Shown in pieces: positions 28,219-37,964 of a DNA stretch of 64,000 nucleotides. Source of the stretch: Octopus bimaculoides (lineage: Eukaryota); NCBI RefSeq assembly GCF_001194135.2, contig NC_068991.1, positions 56,039,972 to 56,103,971 on the forward strand. Direction: 5' to 3'. Under the pieces are notes generated by a model. That model did not search any database, was not told the DNA's origin, and saw only the letters and a program-made list of their open reading frames with translations. How positions within the stretch are numbered: the stretch's first letter is position 1; each line of letters starts with the position of its first letter. The translations under genes and the position numbers were made by a program.

Positions 28219-29519
28219 CATCGAAAAATACTTTAAGAATGAGAACCCAGGTTCGAAATTTCCCCAAGACACCTGATTAAGGATGGCGGGTATATCAGCC
28301 GAGACGTTGAGTTAACAACGAACAAGATGAGGATAAATATCTGTCAAATGTAAATAAGTTTTTTATCAGATTTTAAAAAACAACTTATATTATGTCTGTA
28401 TTTGTTCATTATTACCACATCACAATATATCAGGTGTTCAATAATTTCTTTGTCAAGAGTCAACTTACTAAATATCACAATACTTGTCTCTTGAACCTTT
28501 AAAAAATTTCATTTTGCTTAAGTATGAAAAGTGTACAATGTCAATATTCATATTCAATAAGTCCTATGTAAATTATCTGCAACTTCTTACTCATTGATTG
28601 ACATGTTTATTTGTTTTACTTTTACTGATATTTCATCAACAGGCAACTGAAAGTATTCAACAGCTTGTGTTCCTGTGTCAAACAGACTCCTCTTCATTAG
28701 TTAAAGTGTATCTCAAAGATGCTCTCTTCTCTCTAGGTATAATTTGTTTTTTCTTTTCATATAAAAATATCTAATTATCCCGTATGTATATACATTATAT
28801 ACCTGTGTGTGTATCATCATCATTTAATGTCTTCTATCCATATAAAAGAGTTGTCTCAGAAGTAATGCAAATGTGGGTATAATTCTTTTATTAACTGACA
28901 TAGATCGTTCAAATTCAGTTTGCCAGTAGAGTAACTATTCCTGTACATGAAACATTTCTCATTGTAATCTCCATCATATGTGGTGTATCTGCACCATTGT
29001 TGAAGCCAGCACTTGAATTCACATTAAAAAAATTGAGGTTAATACTCTGATTTCTCTTTTGATATTCAGTTTTCTTTTAGTCATCTTATATCAGTCAGTC
29101 TTATGATTGGCATCTGTATCTTTAACATTTACATGCATGCACACAAACTCAGATGAACACATAAGAGGTTAAGTGAAATAAAGTTGTTCTTTCTGTGTGC
29201 ATATATGCATCTATTATTAGTATGAAATTCAATTAATGTATTGCTAAAATATTTCATAAACATTAATAATATACTTGAAACTGTTTTCATTGTAATGTGT
29301 GAAAAGCAATAAAATTATGTATTAATGTAAATGCATTTGATATACTATACCTATTATATCAAGTAACATTTTTGTATGAGTAATTGTTTTAATTGCTTAT
29401 TTCAATTTGATTAATTTGTATTTATTTATCTATTTATTGCAGGGAAAGAAGGAATAAAAGCGTTTGAAGAAACCCAGCTGGGTTGTCACGGATTCCAAGG
29501 TGTTCATGTACAAAAGTAA
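2944..29519 (+). CDS. RIPOR: RIPOR/FAM65 family gene (Rho family-interacting cell polarization regulator), 5'-partial; 14 coding exons in window
   Basis: Joined exons give an uninterrupted frame of about 690 aa. It carries family motifs [90 protein letters not shown] and a C-terminal ARM/HEAT-like ATESIQQLVFLCQTD...LFSLGKEG. Similarity to vertebrate RIPOR1-3 is recalled, not searched. Confidence 0.93.
3940..4085 (+). CDS. RIPOR: RIPOR exon (AVELRSLKSVLLGEKKCETKDLF...IVTW)
   Basis: tacag acceptor, AA|gtaaga donor, phase 0 to 2; conserved FAM65 motif. Confidence 0.92.
4775..4892 (+). CDS. RIPOR: RIPOR exon (NPLEGVDESL...QYSQL)
   Basis: ttttcag acceptor, TTG|gtaggt donor, phase 2 to 0 matches neighbours. 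Confidence 0.85.
6309..6728 (+). CDS. RIPOR: RIPOR exon, Ser-rich linker ending [26 protein letters not shown]
   Basis: gtacag acceptor, AAG|gtaggc donor, 420 nt, phase 0-0, in frame with ORF 6360-6860. Confidence 0.9.
7135..9640. repeat. Two diverged copies of one repeat segment (about 7135-7200 and 9570-9640); class not determined
   Basis: ggctcac-ca-ctttctctgc-tgtgaccct...ctaattt--caga occurs at both sites. Confidence 0.5.
7601..8357. other. Assembly gap (others at 13615-13934, 17920-18042, 35461-35493, 60150-60274)
   Basis: Runs of N. Confidence 0.99.
10097..10180. repeat. (CA)n microsatellite; many further (CA)n, (CT)n, (TA)n and (TTA)n tracts occur across the window
   Basis: Directly visible; gives spurious HT/CV ORFs. 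Confidence 0.95.
10338..10456 (+). CDS. RIPOR: RIPOR exon (KHSRSSSCSSNISVSIEHALEAFDFLN...)
   Basis: tttgcag acceptor, AG|gttagt donor, phase 0 to 2; E-AL--FDFLN motif. Confidence 0.9.
10958..11174 (+). CDS. RIPOR: RIPOR exon (SESRRSSLDH...HLNYCNKLIE)
   Basis: ttttag acceptor, GAG|gtcagt donor, phase 2 to 0. Confidence 0.9.
13433..14082 (+). mobile_element. Two SINE 3' ends (13433-13560, 13935-14082) flanking a gap
   Basis: gggcatccagctgtagaaac...catgctagcatggaa...cgttaaacga(c/t)ga tail; matches copies at 54374 and 56055. Confidence 0.8.
14480..14750 (-). mobile_element. tRNA-derived SINE related to the 45083 copy
   Basis: Reverse complement gives gtggaggcacatagtctagtggttagagcagcggactcgtggtcgagag head and gactggcgtcccatccagg core. 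Confidence 0.75.
16371..16500 (+). CDS. RIPOR: RIPOR exon ([19 protein letters not shown]...)
   Basis: long polypyrimidine tract plus cag, G|gtaaat donor, phase 0 to 1. Confidence 0.92.
18043..18182. repeat. Near-perfect 140-bp palindrome (68-bp arms, 4-nt loop)
   Basis: 18043-18110 is the reverse complement of 18115-18182 with one mismatch; the left arm abuts an N gap. Confidence 0.92.
18813..18971 (+). CDS. RIPOR: RIPOR exon (VLGEHLNDKQLKEFWVQC...KPTR)
   Basis: ctgccag acceptor (alternative in-frame tag acceptor gives start 18819), G|gtaacc donor, phase 1-1. Confidence 0.85.
20014..20157 (+). CDS. RIPOR: RIPOR exon (VFCHLVSRILD...ITLFQFSLFF...IIEE)
   Basis: ttttcag acceptor, A|gtaagt donor, phase 1-1. 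Confidence 0.88.
23234..23383 (+). CDS. RIPOR: RIPOR exon (ISISDKLCSG...LKVLGTLLICDNQDIRQAT)
   Basis: ttttcag acceptor, G|gtaagt donor, phase 1-1. Confidence 0.88.
24585..24631 (+). CDS. RIPOR: RIPOR small exon (ASYLRNLQQSRLSRDK)
   Basis: ctttcag acceptor, AAG|gtttgt donor, 47 nt, restores phase 1 to 0. Confidence 0.85.
25845..25928 (+). CDS. RIPOR: RIPOR exon (SLVVYVEALEDQTAEVRAGAAVALSLLR)
   Basis: ttccag acceptor, CGG|gtaaat donor, phase 0-0; HEAT-like helix. Confidence 0.9.
26110..27790 (-). mobile_element. Decayed RTE-clade LINE in RIPOR intron
   Basis: Minus-strand remnants in order: EDFNAHVG (APE endonuclease), KAKFWEDF...FWQTIHQL, LIFVDDVVLLG (RT), QVEKYFRGIVT, and the 3' end near 26110-26250. 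Confidence 0.8.
27866..28357. repeat. 492-bp foldback: two inverted copies of a tRNA-headed repeat with hammerhead-like relics
   Basis: Arms 27866-28106 and 28126-28357 are reverse complements apart from scattered mismatches, with (TTA)n/(TAA)n tracts in each arm. Confidence 0.9.
28643..28736 (+). CDS. RIPOR: RIPOR exon (ATESIQQLVFLCQTDSSSLVKVYLKDALFSL)
   Basis: caacag acceptor, G|gtataa donor, phase 0 to 1. Confidence 0.92.
29443..29519 (+). CDS. RIPOR: RIPOR terminal coding exon (GKEGIKAFEETQLGCHGFQGVHVQK*)
   Basis: ttgcag acceptor, phase 1, TAA at 29517-29519. Confidence 0.88.
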
Positions 29520-32500
29520 GACTCATAGTACAACCAGTGTGGGAGTATATGATCTGGATATGTTACTGATAAGCCATTCATAAATTGAAGCCTATTGGAT
29601 AGAAACTCACAGATGAAGGAATCCAAGCAAACGGGCTACTCTTTACTTCTTCACCTAGTTATTAGGTGGTTCTCTCTGTTCAGCCATGACAGCAAATCTT
29701 TCAGCCAACTTTGGTCAAAATGATATTTTGACAGTCAGCAAAATATCTATCTACTTACCTTAAACCTACCTACGTACCTACCTACCTACTTACTTACCTA
29801 CCTTCCTACCTACCTATCAGCCTGCTCACCAAATCATTTACCCACCCACATGTCTATTAAATTATCCCAGTAGCAGCTTGCGAACCATTTCCAACTACCC
29901 TGCCAGTAGCCTGGAGTTGGATGTGCAACCTTTGTACTATGTTTCTTATTGATACACCAACCGCCAGCATCCGTATGTCACCCACTGTTGGGTTTTTTTT
30001 TTCACTCAACAGCTTGCACTTGCCATTGCAGAACTACCAACAACAATACTCCTATCCTAATTTACCAGCAGCACCTCCTCCTTTACCCTCCAGTCAGAAC
30101 AGGTTTCCTCGCAAATGTTATTTATTTTGTTCTATTCTATGAGGTACATCACTGCATCCATAGTCAGACCTCATAATGTAGTACATTGTAACATTTTGTG
30201 ATTTTAGTCAAACCTCTTCCTTCTGTGACAGCTGGACCTAAGTTCTGACGAGTTTTCTGTCATGTCAAAGCACACTTTATATACCATCCTGCGCCTGACA
30301 TAAGGTTTGAGGAAAATGAAACTTCATTGAAATTATCAGTTTAATTTTATTTAAAAAAAAAAAAACAATAAATCCATTACAACCAAGCAAACACCCAACA
30401 AATAATCAAATATACAGACCAACTTACCTACCAACCAAATACGCAAGCAACCAAGCTAATAACCACAACTTAACAAATCACAACCAATCAATCAGCAATG
30501 ACAACCAATCACAGTAAATCAACTATATCTGTTACTGTTCCTGATTGTTCATAAATTATTAATGTTTGTACTCTGCTTCAGCATCGTTGTACTGTGTGAT
30601 GTTATAAACCAGTACTTTGTAATGTTATGAATACTCTGTGTGGTGTTTTACATTTATTTAATGTGCTATGTTTTAATCTGTTACTGTGTTGACTCAGTTT
30701 TTAGGTAAATAGAGTTCTTTATCTATTGATACTCTCTCAGTGTTCAGCTTCTATGTGATTCTTGCTCTGGTTAAATTTCCATCTTATCATGTAGATAGCA
30801 GACTTGTAAATTTTAAAAGGGTTGGGGTCCCGTGATTCTATGCTCTTATCTCCCTTGTATTAATGTCCGCTAAGGGAGACCACCTGTACCCACAGATTAT
30901 TGAGAAAATACCACTATATTTAGTATCAATAACTGCTGATTCCTTAACTTAATGGGTTCTATTCATACACACACACACACACACAGTTCCAGCTACTTTG
31001 AATTGATTATAACCAAATAACATTGATATATTAAAAATACTGATTGATTACTTTGTCACCATCTGTTAATATTTTACAGCAATACATGATGATACTATTT
31101 GATATTTCTAATAAATAGCATTATATAACAAATTGTTTTTTATCAAACTTATGACCGTCAGTTAAAACTAGTTCTTTATATCTCTCAATGGGGGGAGAAG
31201 ACTAGTTACTGTCAGTTGAAACTAGTTTCTTACATCTCCACTAAGTGATAAGTTGATGACCGCTATTGTTACTACAATTGAATTTGCATTCCGTCTTTGT
31301 ATGTGATATAAAATAAACTGGAATTTTAATAGCAATTGTCTAAATCAATTCCATTTCAATGCAGCCTAACATGTGATGATTCAATTGATGTCTTGATTTC
31401 TTAAAACAAGACCTTATTATTTTAATAGGGGCTTCATGAAAATACTCAGTTGTGGGGGGAGAGAGAGAGAGAGAGGAATGTTACAGGTTCCTGTTGTTTT
31501 GTGCTCTTTCAAGACAGAAGAATCAAATCCTAGCACAGTTAGGCGAGTAACAAAGGTCTTTGTATCATGGAGACCTCACTGGTATGAGATATCTGCGTAG
31601 GTGAAGAAAATTGTCTGAAAACAGGGAGATATTTTAGTGCAAGCAAAGAAAACAGTTGAAGAAATGAAGAGGGACATGATGGTTTTGCTTTTTGTTTTTG
31701 TTTTGTTTTATTTCATATGCATGTTTATTTGAACATTTTGAAACTGACAGTTGTGTTAAATTATAATTTCAGTCTTGTTTTAACTGCAGCAAAAACAGAT
31801 TATTTAAGATTATAGCTGCAAACTTTCCAAGGAATAATCTGTCTGCCAGGTCATTTCCAAATTTTTTTTTTCTTTCTTTTTCATTCTTTGTTAATTCATT
31901 CAAACTTTTGAAAGTTGTTCACATATGGTATAATTTAATGTAAAAGAATTAGATTAAAATCAATGAACATTCTTTTAAATAAACTTGAAGTTCTCGCATA
32001 CGTTTCAAAATATTGACCATAATAATTTGGCCAGTGCAACTTAGGCATTAATACCTAATTTAACTTTAGACTTTGTAATGAAAGAACCATCTTTTCTGCA
32101 TCAGGATTACTATTAAGTGAGTAAAATTCATGTCTTGTCTGAGCCCCACCACCTCTTCAGATTGAAATCTGTGTCATTATGAATGATGGAATCAATCCTG
32201 AATTAATGATAGAATTGTTAAATATTTTCAGATTTCTTTCTTTGCATTTTGTGTGTGTGTATGTGTGTGTTGAATTTCCCTGTAGGAGTGCTCAAATCAT
32301 TTGAAGTGGATATCTTACCTTTGATGATGATTCTAAGATTTCTACTTTAATGACCATTTTGCTTTCCCTATTCACCAAAGTGACTGTTTATAAGGAAGCT
32401 CATGTTTATAGAAATTTTAACTGGCTCCTGATGTTGGCTAAGGAATGTTAATGAACTAGTTAAAAAAAACCCCAACTAAACTGCATATTAAAGGGGAATT

Positions 32501-33076
32501 TAGATGCATATGTGAGTATGTCTAAAGCTATTTTAAACTCTAGTAAACAGCAGAAAAACTATCTTGTAGTCACTCTTTGATAGAAGCATGGAAATGATTA
32601 GTTTCTGCAAAAAGATAGTCATGGCTGTGTAAGAGAATATTTTGTGGAATAGTTATGCTTTGTATTAATTATGTAAAGTCAAATCAAGTCAATCTAGTTT
32701 ATTCCCTGTTAAACAAAAAAAAAAGAAACAATGCTTGTACCAATTGTCTCTACATATCATTCCAATCTTCAAATTTTCATTTCCCGCTACATGGATTGCA
32801 ACATGTATTAATGTGAAGAGCCACTCTTCCTAACTCTAAACTATTCCATTCAGGTGTTTCAAGGCAAATAGTGTAATTAGCTTACAGTGGTAATGCAATA
32901 CCTATGTGTGTCTCTTTTATCTTTTGGTCACAACTCCAAACTACACACTTCTTTCTTTTACTATATTAATCTATCCCTTTCAACACACATTTACCAATTT
33001 TGTTGGACAGCTAGTATTAAAAGGTCTACCTTCTTACCAGTAATTTTGTTTTTTCCCTATCGATTGATTAAAACAG

Positions 33077-33109
<33 letters not shown>

Positions 33110-34213
33110 AACTAGCAAGGAAAATATTTAGCAACAATGGTTCTTGTTTTTTATTTTGTTGATATTAAAGTTATTGATGGGTCAATCCTAACTACAGTCA
33201 CTGCCTCTCTTTAGTTGGTACTTTAAAATTAATGTTACAGCTAGCTTTAAATATATCAGATAAAAAGGTCATTTATCAAGCAAGCTATTATCAATTCTTT
33301 TATTTTGTACCTTCCCCCTTATTTGTCTCTGCTGAAGCAGAATTTAATTAGTTTCTCCATTTGAATATTTCAACATGGAATTGATATTTCAGTATAAGAC
33401 TTCAAAGCCTAAACATAAAATATTTTCTTTTCATTTCATTTTTCCATGTCAGATATCTCAACAATTATAACCTCATTAACAACACATCTCAGACATTTAA
33501 GCATAAAAATTATGGTAAATTGAACAATATACAGAATTGGTTTTAATATCAAAATTTAATGGGAATTAAATAATTCAATATTGAAATGATATGGACATTC
33601 AACTGTTCATGCTTCTGGGTATCAGATGATTTACTGGGATAAATGATGAAATCAATAAATATAGACCAACTAATATTCATTTAAAATGGGATTACAAATA
33701 ATTGAAAATTTGAACTTTTTCAACTGGGTTTTTTTTTTAGCTTTACCTATTATGGGTGGGAACTTATTAAAAACTGAGAAAAAAATCTAGAAACATTTAT
33801 TTATTGTTATATTAGGCTTATCTATGGGATAAATAAATAGCTATTTATAAATTTCTGTATTTCCTTTCACATTCAAAGATATTTTCTTGACTAAGTTAGA
33901 AATTTTATTTAAATTTTTTTGGTGCAAATGCTATCCATTTTCCATGGTATTATATTGTTTACCTTTCTATAGATTCTCCATATGTACAATTTACCTTTGG
34001 TTAATTTGAATAATTAATTTTGAAGTACTTTCAACATATTTCCTAATGAATAGATGTTTATTAAATATAGATAAAAGAACTACATAGCAAAAATAAACCC
34101 TCTCTTCCTCCAATGATTTGATGCCACTTCAATATTTCATTTTATTTTTACAAATACAAGTGTGTCAAATGAACTCAGGGTTGTCTTTTCGTGTTTGCAA
34201 ATCTATGTGTGTA

Positions 34214-34250
<37 letters not shown>

Positions 34251-35874
34251 CATCTCTTTCTCATTTTTAAATAAATAAATATGTCTAAAATGTTTTCACA
34301 CCTGGAGAACGAAGCTGCAGCAACTTGGTTACTAATTATACTTACAGGACCTCTAACAATAAAAAAAAAAACACTTAATGAAAAAACAATTGTAATGAAA
34401 TAAATAGCAAAAAAATGGAAGACAAACCAAATCATCATTAATTAACCTATTGTTGTACCAAAGAATCTTGATGTTGCTTTAATAGACTATTTGATGAAAA
34501 CCCTGTTTTTTTTTTGTTTGTTTTTGTCAGCACCTGCCTACTGTAAATTGTGAACGTCATTGAATTAAAAAAGAAATAAATATATTTCTCTAATAATGTC
34601 ATAATAATACAATTTTTGTTACTCTTCTCATATAACCCACCTCATTCTGCTGTCAAAAAGCAGAAGCTACATATTGTATAATAAATATTAAAAATTATGA
34701 GCATTATTGAAATGTCTATGTATATTACAATATAAAGTTATATATTGAATTATATATTATATATTATAATATATAATTCTGAGTTACATAAAAACATGTC
34801 TGTATATTCTTTTTGCTTTTCTGGCACTCAAGGAGTCAAATGAATATAATCTATTTATTTCCATGTTCATGAGTGATTAAACTGGAAATGGTGACAACAG
34901 GACTCATTAATTAACAGTTTATTCATTTATTCAGCTAATTTCTGTGCAAATAAATCTTGAGGTATTTATGATTTCTCATTTCTCATCACACAAACTCACT
35001 AATTAAAACAATGAAACAATAAAGTTGCCAATATAAATAAATGGCGAAACAAGACTACCAAAATTCATGGGTTTTTATTCTTCTCAGTTGTATTTTTCTT
35101 TTCATTTATTCCTGTTATTGTTGTTTCCAGCTATTTTCACTCCTGCCTTTCTATAACCTAACCCCAACCCACACAATTCACTTGATTTAGTTAGAACTGT
35201 CTCTGGTATGTTACCAATCAAACCATCCTAATTTGTTTTCAGCAGTTGAATAAATGTTCACTAATAAAGAATTCTTTCTCTAATCACACACACACAAGCT
35301 TGTGAACAAATGAAAGAAAGAAAGTAGCAGTCAACATGTTTTGTAGGGGTTACATATATTTTTTAAAACAGTTTGACTCAATTCCACAATACTTAAAGCC
35401 CATCTCTTCAATCTTATCAAATAATGAAATGGATATATAGTGTTTTTACATAGATAATTANNNNNNNNNNNNNNNNNNNNNNNNNNNNNNNNNATATATA
35501 TATATATACCATGCAAGTACATTCTTCTGTACTTGCATGGTATGAATAATCTGTAAAATAGCCTTGTTTCAGTTTGATCAAAATATGAACATTCATTATT
35601 TAGGTTGATGCAAAGTTTTTTGTCTGTCCCATTACAGTTAGTTACTCCACTAGAGAGCATACATACATACATATTTAAAATGCAGATTAATTATTACTTA
35701 TTTTTGTTATTAGTACATTCATTTATGTTCTGACTTTTTATCCCCCACCAAAATCAAATTTGCCTTTGTTCCATCCTGATTCAATAAAATAGAATATCAG
35801 TCACTGGGGTTGACTGTTCCTTCCCACCTCGATTTCTGGCTTTGTGACCATGTAAGAAATTAATGTTATTTCAA

Positions 35875-36645
35875 TAGTTTGATTGGCAGAATCAGTAAAG
35901 TATCAGACAAAATACTGGATGGTGTTTAATTACAACCCTTTGTGTTCTGAGTTCAAATCTAATTTAGGTCAACTTTACTTTTAATCTTTCTGTGCTCAAT
36001 AAAATAAAGAGAATTAATAATTATTACAGCAATGAAGAAAATGTCTCTCAGTATCCTATCATTCCACTGGCCTTTAAAAAGATAGAGGATTGATAGAATC
36101 ATTGGAGCATTGGGCAATATTCCTTGCAGTATTTGTTCCAGTTCTTTACATTCTGGGCCTAAATTAAAAATATTATTTTTATTAAAGTGGCAAGCTAGCT
36201 GAATTGTTAGTGCATCGGACAAAATGCCTAACTACATTTCTCTTTATGCTCTGAGCTCAGATCTCACTGAAGTCAACTTTGCTTTTTATCCTTTTGGGGT
36301 CAGTAAAATTAAGTACCAATCAAACTTTGGGATTGATGTAATCAACTATCTCCCTCCCCCAAAATTTCAAGCCTTGTGCTTACAGTAGAAAGAAATGTTA
36401 TTATTAAGATGGTGAGCTGGCAGAATTGTTAGCACACCTGACAAAATGTTTAGTAATGTTTCATCTGTCTTAAAGTTCTGAATTCAAATTCTGCCAAGGT
36501 TGACTTTGCCTTTTATCCTTTTGGGGTCAATAAATTAAAAACCAGTCAAGCACTGGAGCTGATGCAATTGACTAGCAGTCTCCCCTAAAATTTCATGCCT
36601 TATACCCTTAAGACCACAGGCTTTGTGCCAAAAATTTGAAAGAAT
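35875..36645 (+). mobile_element. Cluster of three tandem copies of a tRNA-derived SINE (ggcagaat...gttctgagttcaaat...actttgcctttcatcc family)
   Basis: Copies at about 35875, 36190 and 36408; related copies at about 21682 (+), 40820 (-) and 43470 (-). Confidence 0.7.
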
Positions 36646-37700
36646 CATTATTATTATTATTATTATTCATAGTTTGAGGAAAACATTAAGAGTTTTATTT
36701 CTTGGAACACGAATTAGGTTTATCTTGAAGAATAAATCTAAAGGTATTCAAAGATAACAAAATCAAAAGAAAACATGCATAGAAGTATTCATGGCAAACC
36801 AAGTTACCTAAAATCTTCAAGATTAAAATTACCTCACCTCGTTCACAAATCTTAATAGTTATTTTCTAGAATATACATATCTATGAGTGTTCTTATATGT
36901 AATTTATCAAAGCCCTTTAGAAATGGTTGTGTGTTATTCCTGTGTGCCAATTACAAATGGAAGTATTGGCATATTCTTTAATTACAATAATATCATTAGT
37001 TTGGCAGTTAAATAGGTGTAATTCTTTAGTTTTTCAATTAACTTCTACACATTATAACTATTTGGTATTGCTATATTAATCACTAATAATCTATTGTCAG
37101 TTTGTAAGGGTAAATAATGTCAGCTTATATGCTAATTATATACTAGAGTTTCATAGTGTTTTTACATAGATAATTTTCAAGAGAAGAGGAAATTCATACA
37201 AGTACCAGAAAGCTTTACCTTGAAAGAGATGAGATTTGATGGCCAGCTATATGTAGAGCAGCATCACTACACCCTTGTGTTTCCAAATGTATTTTGTTGG
37301 CAACAGTATACAGCATTTTGATATGCAGTGTATTGTCTCAGGAAATGATGCATGTGATTACCTGTATTGTAAGAGTTGTAGATGTTCCTTTCAATATATC
37401 TAGTGATGGTGGACTGTTTTTGTATCATGAACTCTGTTGCTTCTTTTGCCTTATTCATGCTGGATTTCTGCATCTAGGCCAGAGATTATCTTTTATTTAT
37501 ACATAGGGCGTACAGTTTACAGAAATATTGGCCATGTAAAAGCATATCATTCTGGTTATTCACCATGGTAGACTTGTGTCTTCACAGTCTGTATTTGTAT
37601 TTCAATTTGATTGTTGTGGTTCATTGTAATTATTTTCATTCCATTTCAACACCAACATCTTATCTTCGCTCTAACATCATTCAAATAAAATAGGTACATG

Positions 37701-37742
<42 letters not shown>

Positions 37743-37930
37743 TAGGTGCAGACTTGGCTGTGTGGTTAAGAAGCTCACTTTGCAACCATGTGGTTTTGTA
37801 TTCAGGTCCCACTGTGCAGCATTCTGAGCAAGTGTCTTCTATTATAATCCCAGGCTAACCACTGCCATGTAAGTGAATTTGGTAAACAGAAACTGTGTGG
37901 AAATTCACTGTGTGTGTGTGTGTGTATGTA

Positions 37931-37964
<34 letters not shown>

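Noticed and set aside
27866-28357. CRISPR-like or prokaryotic system interpretation of repeats in the window
   Set aside because: The sequence is eukaryotic with spliceosomal introns; no regularly spaced repeat-spacer array or operon-like ORFs exist.
29750-30510. (TACC)n and (AACC/CAAT)n-like tracts after the RIPOR stop as a structured element
   Set aside because: Degenerate simple repeats that are not complementary to each other.
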